The position numbers and the translations under genes were made by a program. Shown here in pieces: positions 23,750-36,800 of a stretch of 64,000 nucleotides of DNA. The notes under the pieces were generated by a model. It was given only the letters and a program-made list of their open reading frames with translations, ran no database searches and was not told the origin of the DNA. This DNA comes from Callorhinchus milii (taxonomy: Eukaryota), in contig NW_024704742.1 in assembly GCF_018977255.1 (NCBI RefSeq), forward strand, positions 68,636,001 to 68,700,000, written 5' to 3'. Each line of letters opens with the position of its first letter. Position 1 is the stretch's first letter.

Positions 23750-24136
23750 TGGCCATGGTCTTGCTCTCCCCTACCTCTGCGACCTCCTAACCCCTTACCA
23801 TCCTGCCCGCTCCCTCCACTCAGCGGGCTGCGGCCTGTTACAAGTCCCCCGCCTCGCCCGCCCCACCATTGGCAGGCAGGCCTTCTGTCACTGTGCCCCC
23901 ACCTCTGGAACTCCATCCCGCAGTCCCTCTGCCTCACCTCCTCTCTTGTTTCCTTCAAGACCCATCTCAAGACCTTCCTCTTCAACCGTGCTTTCAATCA
24001 CCCTCCTTCCCCCCGCCCTCCACCCTCCCCAATCCCGACCCCGAGCTTGGGTCTGAAACACTGACTGTCTAGCGCCTTGGAATGTCCTCCCGATGTGAAA
24101 GGCGCTATACAAATATAATTTTGTTGTTGTTGTTGC
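23750..24136 (+). mobile_element. L2 3' fragment
   Basis: HGLALPYLCDLLTPY..RSLHSAG coding relic and a (TTG)n tail. Confidence 0.85.
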
Positions 24137-25599
24137 TACTTCTGATTTTGATATGAGCAAATAGATGAGCATAATACAAATAGATATAGTTCCTCCAAAC
24201 ATAGAAATTCAAATGATCATATCCCTGTATTTTTCAATATAAATTTTTGGTCTGGAGAATGTATACATTCACAGGATGTTAGCACACAGATGCTACTCCA
24301 CGCGTCTCTGTTTACCTAGCAGTAAGTAGGAACCCGGTTGATGATCGATTTGTGGATCGTTTTCTGGGAGTAATAATCCCTTGAAAAAAATAAAATAAAA
24401 TGAATAATAATGTGGTCACTCAATCCATGATGGTTTGTGGACACTGCTGTGCGCAATTGGCTGCCGCATTTCGCCCACTTAATATAGTCAATTCACTTTA
24501 CAGTATATCTGTGAAGTGCTTTGAAACATTTCAACGACGTGATAAGGCGCCATATCAAATGCAAGGATTATTATAATTTTAAATTTGCGAAGCTAACCCC
24601 AATGATTCTCACACACCCTCTACCCACCTAGAATTTTATCCCTTTGTCAAATGAGTTGTTAAACTGAGGTCCCTTTCACCTGCCTTCTCATTCCAATAGG
24701 CGTTAAAACGTCCCATAACGCTATTACAAAGTCCTTTCGCCTTGTTATCCTGGCTATTATGCCTCCCCTATCGATATCCACCCCAAAACAATTCAAATTA
24801 AATGTTTATTGCTGCTTGAAGATCATCAGCTACCTTTGCCTCCACAATAACTTTCATTTAATACTGAATTATTCCCATGCTGTGAAACACTTTGTGATGT
24901 TCTTTTATGTATAAGGCACTGTATAAATGCAATTTGTACCTGAATATAAAACAAATCTGTGCAGAAATATTTTGTACATATAATTATGTACAACATTATA
25001 GTATAGAAACAGGCCATTCAGCAGCACATGAGCCTGATCTGATTCCCTCTACAATTCCCCTCTATTCCCCTCTCCCTCATGTATGAGTCAAGCATCCTCT
25101 TAAATGCTTTAGTACTTTTTGCTTCAATCAAAGCTTGTGGCAGTGAGTTCCACATTCTCACCACCCTCACCGTGAAGAGGTTTTTTCACCTTTTCAAAGG
25201 TGCTATACAAATGTAATTTTGTTGTTGTTAAGCTCGGTTCGATCTCCTTTCCTATATTTTGTGGTTACCAGCTGCTTAAACAATACTGTTTCTTAAATGA
25301 GTCCAGCATCCTAGCCTCTAGCAATCTTCCTCAAAGCCTAGACCAATAGAAAATTTCGGATGTATTTGCAAAAATTGCGGGTACATTTGGCAATTCTTGT
25401 GGGGGATTGTGGGGGTTGTTTGTTTATATTGAGAGGTACATTTTACTGCAAACCTACATTTTTTGCACTTTAGTGATAGAAACTAAACATGAAGAAATAA
25501 CCCATATTAGATTGTTGCAAAAAACTAGCAATGCTTTCTTTAACAAACCTGGGTGGCCCACTTGTGGGGTGGATAATTAATCCTGACTGAGGGGCTCCA

Positions 25600-26690
25600 G
25601 AGAGAGATAGGCAGACACAGAGAGGGAGAGACACACACTCACAGACACAGAGAGGAGAGACACACTCACAGACGCAGAGGAAGAGACATACACACAGACA
25701 CAGAGAGGGAGAGACACACTCACATCACACAGACACAGGAAGAGACACACTCACAGACACAGAGAGGGAGAGACACACTCACAGACACAGAGAGGGAGAC
25801 ACACACTCACAGATACAGAGAGGGCGAGACACCCACACAGACACAGAGAGGGAGACACACACTCACAGATACAGAGAGGGAGAGACACCCACACAGACAC
25901 AGAGGGTGAGACACACACACTCACAGGCACAGAGAGGGAGAAACACACTCACAGATACAGAGAGGGAGAGACACCCACACAGACACAGAGAGGGAGAGAC
26001 ACCCACACAGACACAGAGAGGGAGACACACACTCACAGACACAGAGAGGGAGAGACACAGACACAGAGAGGGAGACACACACTCATAGATACAGAGAGGG
26101 AGAGACACACACACAGACACAGAGAGGGAGAAACACACTCACAGACACAGAGGGAGAGACACACACACTCACAGGCACAGAGAGGGAGACACATACACAC
26201 CGAGAGGGAGAAACACACTCACAGACACAGAGGGAGAGACACCCACACAGACACAGAGGGTGAGACACACACACTCACAGACACAGAGAGGGAGAGACAC
26301 CCACACAGACACAGAGGGTGAGACACACACACTCACAGGCACAGAGAGGGAGAGACACACTCACAGACACAGAGGGAAAAACACACACTCACAGACACAG
26401 AGGGAAAAACACACACTCACAGACACAGAGGGAGAAACACACTCACAGACACAGAGGGTGAGACACCCACACTCACAGGCACAGAGAGGGAGAGACACAC
26501 TCACAGACAGAGGGAAAAACACACACTCACAGACACAGAGAGGGAGAGACACTCACACACACACTGAGAGGGAGAAACACACTCACAGACACAGAGGGTG
26601 AGACACCCACACTCACAGACACAGAGAGGGAGAGACACACTCACAGACACAGAGAGGGAGAGACACAGAGAGGGAGAGACACACAGACAA
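25600..26690. repeat. CA/GA-rich minisatellite with a ~28-34 bp unit (cacagacacagagagggagagacacacact)
   Basis: More than 30 tandem variants are directly visible. Confidence 0.93.
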
Positions 26691-27614
26691 TCACAACAGA
26701 AGGGCCTCCGATTGGAGAGAAGCCCATTTCCTGCGTGTGCGTGTCTGCAGCTGCTCCACGGTAACCATGTTGAGTAAACAGTGCAAGAGACCCAGGGCCA
26801 CAAGCTCACTGTGGGAGTACAGATGTGTAGTGGGGGGTAGCGGAGTGGTGTTTGTGTACAGCCAGTTATGGTGGAGAGGACAAGGGGTGTGTAGAAGGGT
26901 TGAGCAAAGGCGCAGATCATGAAGTGGGGTTTAAGCACGTCAGAGAGGTAGGGAGGTGTTAGGACATTAATTGATTTGTAAATAAGAGTGAGGATCTTGA
27001 AATCAATCCATTCTGCACGAGAGTGTCAGTGGAGCTTGGCAAGGACTGGGGTTACAGTGATGTGGAGTATGGGACATGTGAGAATATGGGCGGTAGTGTT
27101 TTGGAAAGGAGGGCATTGGAAAAATTGAGGCAGGAGGTGATGCCTTTTTAATTTAAAAAATCACAGTAACAAGAGGGTACAAATTCAAGTTAATAACAAA
27201 AAGTGCTTCACGGGACATACTGTAAAGTGGAATGGGTGAGTATTTTGTAAACGAAACACAGCAGCCAGTTGCGCACAGTGATGTCCCACAAACAGCCATG
27301 GAGCGAGTGGCCAATTTTATTTGGGGGATTGTCAACCAGGACACTGGGAGAAACTCCTCTTTTCAAATAGTGCCATGAGATCTTTAACGTCCACCTGAAC
27401 AGGCAGACGAGACCTTGGTTTAAGGTCTCATCCGAAGGACAACACTTCTGACAATACAACACATCCCCAACACTGCATCAGAGTGTCAACTTAGACCATG
27501 TGATTCCAAGTCCCAAATGGGGTTTGAATCCACAACTTCCGAGTTAGAGGAGAGAGTGTTACCACAGTACCAGGCAGTCACACAAAGCACCTTTTCACAT
27601 CTCAACAACAACAA

Positions 27615-27939
27615 GGAGTCCTGTAACTCAGTGGTTAGAGCACTCGCTTTGCAAGTGAAGAGACCTGAGTTCAATTCCAGGCAGAGGGCGAAACCTTGGG
27701 CAAGTTTCCTTACTCCACACACCTAATAATAATCCCTCCAAAACCAAACACAATAATAAATTGGTCATTTTCAATCTACGACTGTTTGTGGGACATTGCT
27801 GTGCGCAATTGGCTGCCGCGTTCGCCCACAAATATACAGTCAATTCACTTTACAGTGTGTTCTGTGAAGCGCTTCGGGACGTCCTCCCGACGTGAAAAGC
27901 GCTATATCAAATGCAAGGATTATTATTATTATTATTATT
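27615..27939 (+). mobile_element. tRNA-Ala-derived SINE, young short subfamily, inserted into a minus-strand L2 tail
   Basis: The left flank caacaacaacaa and right flank tttatgtagcgtccttcacgcgggg together reconstitute an L2 3' end. Confidence 0.9.
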
Positions 27940-30078
27940 TATGTAGCGTCCTTCACGCGGGGTAGTGCCCCGGAGCGCTTCACAGAGGCGAAGACTGACA
28001 TTGGGAGAACATCTCAAAGTGCTTCAGAGTGGGATCAGATTGACTAAAATGGAGAAAAATACTTAACAGATTTGCTGGGCCAAATGGTCTGGTGTTGCAT
28101 TGCAGTATCCTGTGTTTTAAAGGGAACAATTACGAGGTCTTGCTGCAATGCCAACAGCTGATGGATTTGGCAAAATTAACCAAAGGAAGAGCTTGCATTT
28201 TTTATGGTGCCTTATTAGACTAAAACATTTATATAAATGGACTAAAACATTTATATAGATGCATTTAAGAGGAAGCTAGGTAATAACTGGTTTCATCCGA
28301 ATGCTGGATCCAATTAAATTTTCAAGACTCAGGTGGATAGATTTTTGTTTAGATAAGGGTATCAAGGGATACAACAACAACAACAACAATAACTTGCATT
28401 TATAAAGCGCCCTTCACGCAGGGTAGCGTCCCGGTGTGCTTCAATGGGATATGGAGCAAAGGCAGGTAAATGGAGTTGAGGTACAGATCAGCCATGATCT
28501 AATAGAATGGCAGAACAGGCTCAGGGGACTGAATGGCCTACTCCTGTTCCTCCGTTCCTATATACACATGAGAGAGAAGGGAAAAGGCGGAGGGAGTAAG
28601 GATGTAACAACAACAACTCGCATTTATATCGTGCATTTCACGTGGGGCAGTGTCTCGGAGCGCTTAACAGTGACAGCCTGACGCCGAGCTGGGACAAGGG
28701 AGAAGTTGACCGTAAGCACGGTCGAAGGGGAAGGTCTTCAGTCGTGATCTAAAAAAGGCAAAGGAGGGGCAAGATGGAAGGATTGGATCACGTGGAGTAT
28801 AAACACCAGCATGGACTAGTAGGGCCGAAAAGCCTGCTTCAGTCCTGTACATTCTGTGTAAATCTATGTGAACATCTCAAAACAAAATGTAGTGACTGTT
28901 TTGGCCAGAAATCACAACAGACATGTCCCACAAACAGACATGAGGTTAATGACCAAGTAATCTGCAAGACGGCTGACCAGGACCCCGGGATGAAACTCCC
29001 TGGCTTTTGTTCTTCGACCAGTTTAATGAGATCTTTGACATCCATCTGAACATGTAGACAGGACATTATCTGAAAGATGCAAGGAGCAGGTTTTCCTTGT
29101 TCTGGAAGCAAAGACTAGTTCTAAGCATCCAGTTGAACTAAGCATCCAGACTGTTTAGGCCCTTCGCTACTCCTATTTGAAGCATCTGTCTGTGACTACA
29201 CATCAGCCTGTTGACATTGCACCCTTGGGAGCACCAAAGGGTATGTATCACACTCTCATGGGTCTTCTTGGAGCAGCTTGTTCTCAGCTGTTTGAAGACA
29301 TAGGACCATGATGATGATAATCTGCTCAATTAATTCATATCCATCTCTGGTCAGTGCCTCCCAATGCCTGGCTTCCTTTGATATGTCCCTGTATGCCAGC
29401 ACTGCTCAAAGAATCAGCAATTTCTGTATCCATTGCCTGTTTTACACTTCTACAAGCACAACAGTGTTTGTTGCAATCAGTTAGGTGAAGAAGATGTTAT
29501 CAAGCTCTTATTAAGAGTTTGAAAACACACCACTATGGAGGGTGGGGTGGGTGGGGGAGAATGGATTTGAACATTGTAAACTAGGGTGCTTGCTATCTAT
29601 GAATTAGTGTGGAATCCTGCAGTGTATTGGTTAGAGCACTCGCCTCCACACGCCTCTGTTAACCTACCAGTAAGTATGAACCTGGTTGTTACTTGCTTTT
29701 CTGGAGGTAATAATCCCTTCAAAAAATAATAATAATAATAATTTGGTCATACAATCTATTACTATTTTTGGGATACTGATGTGCGTAATTGGTTGCCGCA
29801 TTTTGCCCACAAAATGTAGTCAATTCAATTTATATTTTGTGAAGCGCTTTCAGACGTCTCAAAGACGTAATAAGGAGTTATATCAAATGCAAGGATTATT
29901 ATTTATCACATTGCCTTCATTTGGGATTCAAATGAGATATAGAATTGCTCATTTATAATGCAGATGGTTTGGCTGATGCTCCCCTTGACTTCTACTTGAT
30001 TTCCCTGCAGATGATGCACATTATGAAGTGTCAGATTTGCTTGGTAATGTACTTTTTCACTTGCTGTCTAAATCACAG

Positions 30079-30171
30079 GTTGCAAACCTTGCCTGCTCCA
30101 TCTCAAATAATGAGGAAGGTGTGAAACTGGTTCGCATGGCAGCAACCCAGATCGATAGCCTCTGCCCGCAG
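30079..30171 (+). CDS. CTNNA2: Alpha-N-catenin internal coding exon (93 bp, phase 0/0), VANLACSISNNEEGVKLVRMAATQIDSLCPQ
   Basis: Acceptor aatcacag at 30071-30078 and donor gtaaga at 30172. The peptide is alpha-catenin M-domain sequence; MAATQIDSLCPQ is the alpha-N form, whereas alpha-E (CTNNA1) as I recall has MSASQLEALCPQ. Confidence 0.96.
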
Positions 30172-31549
30172 GTAAGAAAGGCTAATGCTGAAAATTGTAT
30201 ATTGACTGCAACGCAATCACAGACACAGAGCAACTTGAAGAGAGACACAAAAAAAGCTATCAGTATGAAAATTATAGTGTCAGGTATATAATACTGTTCT
30301 GATTATCTTGCACAGTGTAAATGACAGCAGGAGGCTCACAAACCAATCACCCGCTTTTGGAAGCAAACACAAAACACTGTTTTTTTTTAAAAAAACTTTA
30401 GATACTTCTCATACGTACAAAGATGCTATTATCTCACGCTGAATCAAAATACCTGTCAAACGTTAAATAGAAAACTTTAACTGTGTGTTTATCGGACCTG
30501 TTAAAAATTCTACAGTCGATTTGTGATAAACAGAACCTGAGCCAAGTGCAATTCTGAATGTGCTGAGCCATATCCCATTCAGTTCATTGCAAGGAATTTG
30601 AGGTCTGAGATCCCTTGTTCCTTCTGGGTGTTTGATTTTGAAGCCTGTTACACACAACAATAACACATTTACATTTATATAGCACCTTTCACGTCAGGAG
30701 GGCGTCCCAAGGTGCTTGATAATTAATAATTAGTAATGCAACTGGCTAACGGGTTTCACCCACACAATTCGCAGACTTATCATTTAACAGAATAACCTGT
30801 GAAACGCTTTGAGACACCTCAACGACGTGATAAGGTGCTATGTCAAATGCAAGGATTATTAACAACCCTGGTACCCAAGCGGGTGGGGCGGGTGCCAAGC
30901 AGAGGGAGGGGAACGAAGACCGAAGGGGTGGCCAAAGAGGTAGGTCTTGAGATGAAGGGGCGAATCAGAGGGACTCAGGGACGGAGTTGCAATCAAGTGG
31001 CAGATAGCTGTGATTCCTGTATCTAATAAATATTAGAATCCAACTGTCCTCCCTACGCCCAGTCTTTGACTCTGCAGGTGAAAGTGTTCCTCAGACTCTC
31101 TTTTCCTCAATCGATTGCTCATTCAATCTTTCACCAGAAGCTTTTCATTAGAAGATGCTAAATGATGTTCTGTTGGCTGTCAGCTCAGCAGCATAATGTT
31201 AAAATTATAATACAACACAACACGCAGAGCCCCAAGGCAAAAGTCATGCAGGATCCTTTGAGACCTGAATGTTTGTCCACCTTCGTGTTTATATTCAATC
31301 ATCTTCTCCAGGCCGTGGAATTGCAATGGCTGCCTTGGTCGTGATCGATGCACCAGCTAGAAATATATTTACATGGCAGTTTTATTCACTGATCAGATGA
31401 AGTGTCCTTTCTCCTCTGGTGAAACTGGTGATTTTCCCCCAAGTATTCTAACACAGTCTCCTGAGGCAAGCTCACAGCAACATAACAATGGGTATGCAAG
31501 ATAACAACACAACTCCAACACAACAACAACTTGCATTTATACTTGCACA

Positions 31550-32242
31550 CTCCACCTTACTAAGCCAGTCTGGAACCTTGGCATCTTGTTTGATCCTCAA
31601 CTATCCTTTCTACCCCACATCTGTGCCATGACCCGCTCTGCCTTTCCCCCATCTCCGCAACGTTGCACGGCTCCGCCACTGTCTCATACCGCAGGCTGCC
31701 GAAACCCTTATACACACATTCATAACATCGAGGCTCGACTATACAAACTCCTTGCTTTTCAGCCTCGCCAACTCCTCCCTCCATAGGCTGCAGATCATCC
31801 AAAACTCTGCAGCCATGTCCTCTCCTGCATCAGGCTTCATGAACCTATCACCCCCATCCTCGCCCGACTCCACTGGCTTCCCATCACTCATTTCAAGATC
31901 CTGGTCCTCACCTTCAAAGCCTTCCATGTACTCGCTCCCCCCTACCTCTACATCTTCACAAGCCCCTACCAACCTGCCTGCTCCCACCAGAGCCTTCAGC
32001 CACTCTGCCCTCATCCTCTGGAACTCCATCCCGCAGTCCCTCCACCCTTGCCTCCTTCAAGACGCATCTCAAGACCGTCCTCTTCGACCATGCTTTTGAT
32101 CAACCTCCTTTCCCTCCCCCCCACCCTACCCATTCCTGACCCCCAGCTCGAGTCTGAAACACTGACTGTACAGCATCTTGCAAAGTCCTCCTGACGTGAA
32201 AGGCACTATACAAATGCAATTTTGTTGTTGTTATTGTTGTTG
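31550..32242 (+). mobile_element. L2 3' fragment (~700 bp)
   Basis: NLGILFDPQLSFLPHI..LHRLQIIQNSAA relics and a (TTG)n tail. Confidence 0.88.
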
Positions 32243-32617
32243 CATTTCTCTTCAGTTAAAGAGTCATTAGGGCCTTTAGAGGCATTGAAAATTCCTGACA
32301 TTGGCTACATTCACAGCATTAATCTTCTCACAAACAGAAAGACAAGCATGTATAAATAAACTGAACACATTTCAAAATGTCCGGTTCATAATAGATAAAA
32401 CTGCAATCTTTGCACTGCTCTCTTTGTTTTCAGACCTTGATGATATTGTACAGATGTGAAATATTCCATCAGATATCACCTGATGAAAGCTTTTCCCATT
32501 CCGCAAATTAATAATAGTAATCCTTTCATTTGATATAGCACCTTATCACGTCGTTAAGATGTCTCAAAGTGCTTCACAGAATATACTGTAAAGTGAATTG
32601 ACTGTATATTGACTGTA

Positions 32618-32940
32618 GAGTCCTGTAGCTCAGTGGTTAGAGCACTCGCTTTGCAAGTGAGAGACCTGAGTTCAATTCCAGGCAGGGCGAAACCTTGGGC
32701 AAGTTTCCTTACTCCACACGCCTAATAATAATCCCTCCAAAAAAAAAAAAGAAACAATAATAAATTGGTCATTTTCAATCTACGACTGTTTGTGGGACAT
32801 TGCTGTGCGCAATTGGCTGCCGCGTTCGCCCACAAGTATACAGTCAATTCACTTTACAGTGTGATCTGTGAAGCGCTTTGGGACGTCCTCCCAACGTGAA
32901 AAGCGTTATATCAAATGCAAGGATTATTATTATTATTATT
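32618..32940 (+). mobile_element. tRNA-Ala-derived SINE, young short subfamily, nested in an older minus-strand copy (32510-32955)
   Basis: The host sequence gtgaattgactgtatatt|ttatgggcgaaac is split by the insertion. Confidence 0.92.
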
Positions 32941-33680
32941 TTATGGGCGAAACAAGATAAAATGCCTGTAAAGCAGAGCTGGCAGCAATTACATACAGGG
33001 CACTAGCACGATCAGGGAAACATTTCCGACATTTATTTTTTAAAGAGAGAGACTTTGAGGCACCCAAGTGGGCTATTTGACTCTCGCTGGCTCCATTAAA
33101 GTCGATGCCTTTTGTTTTGGACACGGAATAAATACATCTGGTGTGGGCAACGTTACAGTTTAATTCATGATTACAGCTGTGGTTTAAGCTCCATGGTGGC
33201 TTTTTGTCAGTAACGGAGCTCAAAATATTAGGATGCTCTGAAAAGCCTTGAGTGAATTGTTGTGTAAGAAATTTTTTTTAGCCTGTACCTGGCAATAAAG
33301 ATACTGCAGATTTTAATGGACCTGATGAAATCTAAACACCAGTGTCATAAGGTGGGCTTGTTACTGGGGGCTTGTCCATGCATTTTATATTGTGCCAACT
33401 TCTCTCCCAATAATAACAGCAATTCTGCCAGATGAAAAAGGCCGCTTCAAAGAGATTTGCCAGCTGCTAATGCCCACATTCTACATCCAGCTGAAGGCAT
33501 GGTTAATCATTCAGTGTTCACACCATCTACTGTTTGTGACCCATCACTCAGTTGTCACTTGTCAAGGTCTTCCCAACAGCCACAAATATTGGAACACAGA
33601 CCACGTGTTCTCCTGAGTGTAACATCAGACGTAGAACATTTTGGTTCAAACAGTGACATTACCTGAGGCCCAAGAATTTT

Positions 33681-34078
33681 GGAGTCAGCCGGGTCTAACA
33701 CTTGCGGAAACACATTCCCATACTTAAGAGCATCCAAACTCAACTGAAACTTCCACACATGTAGCCAGCCACGCATGAAATTTCAATTTCTGGAATGGAA
33801 TGCGCACTCTCTCCCTGGATGGACACATCTTTACGTTTGGAGAGAATTTGACACAGGTTGGCAAGAACCAAGACTTGGGCACCAGAGTGTCCGTTGGACT
33901 AACTGCTGGAGTCTAACCACCTAAAACTGCATAGCTTGCCATAGTGAGCAATTTCTGGCAAACTGCCACTGCTTGTCCAGCTAGGACCGCCCTACCAGTT
34001 AGGGCTTTGGCTTGTAGGGTTAACAGGAGCTGAGTGGGAGGAAACCTTGCTCCAGATAAGTCACTGGCTCTGCCTTAC
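33681..34078 (+). repeat. Unclassified repeat family X, copy 3
   Basis: Colinear with 36417-36800 over about 380 bp. Confidence 0.8.
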
Positions 34079-34084
34079 GATCAT

Positions 34085-34402
34085 TGGAGTCCTGTAGCTC
34101 AGTGGTTAGAGCACTTGCTTTGCAAGCAAGAGACCTGAGTTCAATTCCAGGCAGGGCGAAACCTTGGGCAAGTTTCCTTGCTCCACACGCCTAATAATAA
34201 TCCTTCCAAAATAAAAAAACAATAATAAATTGGTCATTTTCAATCTACGACTGTTTGTGGGACATTGCTGTGCGCAATTGGCTGCCGTGTTCGCCCACAA
34301 ATATACAGTCAATTCACTTTACAGTATATTCTGTGAAGCGCTTTGAGACGTCTAGAAGACGTGAAAAGCGCTATATCAAATGCAAGGATTATTATTATTA
34401 TT
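34085..34402 (+). mobile_element. tRNA-Ala-derived SINE, short subfamily with intermediate tail (gagacgtctagaagacgtgaaaagcg)
   Basis: Has the internal deletion but not the CTCCC loop. Confidence 0.92.
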
Positions 34403-35168
34403 GCCGTACAACATCATATTGAAGCCAGAGTAACTAAACAGGACTGTGTCAAACCAGTTTCCAAATTTTGCTTTCCAAAATCCCTCACGATCTTGAATTT
34501 TAAAGCAATTGTCGCAAGCCTATCGACATGAAGGCTGGGGTGGGGGGAGCTCTGGAGTGTCCTTTCCATGGCCTTGTGACTTGCTAACTCTATAATGACC
34601 TCTCCGCTCCCTCCTCTCAGCAGGCTCCTGCCTGCTCCACGTCTGCTTATGGGACACTGCTATGCGCAATTGGCTGCCGTGTTTTGCCCACAAATATACA
34701 GTCAATTGCCTTTAAATTATATCCTTGAAGCGCCTCGAAACATCTCAAAGACGTGAAAAGTGCTATATCAAATGTAAGGATTATTATTATTATATCATGT
34801 ATCCTGTCCTGTCCACCCCAACACCAGCAGTTGAGCCCCACCTTCTGGTACTACATCCCACAGTCCCTTCGCCTTTCTCCCTCCCTTGCCTCCTTCAAGG
34901 CCGTCTCAAGACCCTCCTCTTCGACCATACCTTTGGTCGCACTTCTATTTCTACTTTCCCTCCCTTCATCCCTCCTGTTCCCAACCCTTTGCGTGGATCA
35001 AAATCCCTGACTATCCAGTGCCTTAGGACGTCCTTCCAAGGTGAAAGGCGCTAAACAAGTGTAATTTGTTGACATGGCACATCACCATAAACTAGCTTCT
35101 CGGTGTGAAGTTACCAAGGGCTTCATGAAAGATGGCAGTACTGATACTACATGTGCTTTGTATTGTAG

Positions 35169-35325
35169 GTTATTAATGCAGCGCTGACTCTGGCTGCCCG
35201 GCCACAGAGCAAAGTGGCTCAGGATAACATGGATGTCTTCAAAGACCAATGGGAGAAACAAGTCCGAGTTCTGACAGAGGCCGTTGATGACATCACATCT
35301 GTTGACGACTTCCTAGCTGTCTCAG
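35169..35325 (+). CDS. CTNNA2: Alpha-N-catenin internal coding exon (157 bp, phase 0/1), VINAALTLAARPQSKVAQDNMDVFKDQWEKQVRVLTEAVDDITSVDDFLAVS
   Basis: Translated by hand; it is absent from the ORF track. Acceptor tattgtag at 35161-35168 and donor gtgagg at 35326. It continues in frame from the previous exon. Confidence 0.96.
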
Positions 35326-35712
35326 GTGAGGTGTAAGATGAGGAGATGGGCCAAGTATTCCCCCAAACACAATGTAGAATGAGTCCAGGCTGTTACACCA
35401 TTGGGCTCAAATTGTGACATGTGATATCATCACATGGCAGATTATTGACCCCATGGTTTGCAAATAAAGGTTTCTCAAGAGATTATTATTAATTATTATT
35501 AATGAATTATTAGGCATCTTAAGTCCTTTCTCTTCGACCCATCACTTCCCCCCTCCCCCCGGCTCAACATCGTGCTCCATCACTGTCAAGCGCTCTGGAA
35601 AACCACCCTGAGTGAGGACCACTATATAAATGCAAGTTGTTGTTGTTGAGAACGTGTTACTACAGTGAGGAAGATACTGTCTCTGCTTCTGGACATCACC
35701 TTTGACCTCTTA

Positions 35713-35928
35713 GCCCTGAAAATCCAACTAATCTTAGCCTGTAAGACCATTTTGTCTTAAGCCTTAAAGCTGTGCAGAATTGCAGGGAAAAAACAGTTCT
35801 TTTGAATGGAAAGGAGAACTGGCTTCCAGATTCAGAATGAAATTAGGATTTCACACAACTGGATGGAATCGTAAATTTTAAAACAGAATGGTCTCACAGG
35901 GTAAAACCCAATAAAATCCATGTCAGGC
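35713..35928. mobile_element. MITE-like palindromic element
   Basis: cctgtaagaccattttgtcttaa (35738-35760) is an imperfect inverted repeat of ttttaaaacagaatggtctcacagg (35876-35900). Confidence 0.65.
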
Positions 35929-35969
35929 TCCCCACCTGGTCCACTGAGCACCAGTTTTTGCACCTCGTC

Positions 35970-36320
35970 CATAACAACAACAAACGTATATTTGTATATC
36001 GCCTTTCACATCGGGAGGACGTACCAAGACACTAGACAATCAGTGTTTTGGATCTGAGCTGGAGGTCAGGATTGGGGAGGGTGAAGGGCAGGGTGGGAAT
36101 GAGGATGATTGGAGGCACGGTCGAAGAGGAGGGTCTTGAGATGGATCTTGAAGGATGCAAGGGAGGGGTCAAGGTGGAGGGACTGCAGGATAGAGTTCCA
36201 GAGGGTGGGGGAGAGTGGCTTAAGGCCCGCCCACCAATGGTGGGGCGGGTGAGACGGGGGACGTGAAGCAGGCCGGAGCCCGCTGAGCGGAGGGAGCAGG
36301 CAGGTTGGTAGGTTGTGAAG
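35970..36320 (-). mobile_element. L2 3' fragment
   Basis: aacaacaacaaa..gcctttcacatcgggaggacgt tail, homologous to the other L2 copies. Confidence 0.85.
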
Positions 36321-36416
36321 CCTCTTCATTGAAGCAACAGAGACTTAGGCATTTACAGCACAGAAGAAGGCTATTCGGCCAATCATGTCTGTGCCAGCTC
36401 CTTCAGTTTGTGTTTT

Positions 36417-36800
36417 GCTCAGCGGGTGACTGACATGTGGAAACCCATCAGCATGCTTTAGGGTATCCAAACCAAACTGAGAATTCCATGCATCCCACCC
36501 ACCTGGGTAATCCCCAGGATAGATTGTTGAAATGGAATGTGCACTCTCTCCCCAGAGAGACTCATCCTGGTTACCTAATTCCAGAAAGTATTAGGCGGAG
36601 GTTGGCAAAACCCCAGAGTGTGCATTAGGGTAACTGCTGGAATCTAACCTGCTATAACCACATAGCTTGCCATTGATATTGCTGTCTGGCAAGCTTTCCC
36701 TCTGCTTGTCCAGCTTGGAATACCCTATTCATTAGGGCTTTGGCTTGCAGGGTTAACAGGAGCTGGGTGGAATGACTCCTTGCCCCAGTGAACTCCCTCA
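36417..36800 (+). repeat. Unclassified repeat family X, copy 4
   Basis: aacccatcagcatgctttagggtatccaaaccaaactgagaattccatgca is nearly identical to 63741-63792. Confidence 0.8.

Noticed and set aside
1..30078. Nested antisense LRRTM gene, known from alpha-catenin introns
   Set aside because: No leucine-rich-repeat ORF is present on the minus strand. The hosting intron is expected further upstream, outside this window.
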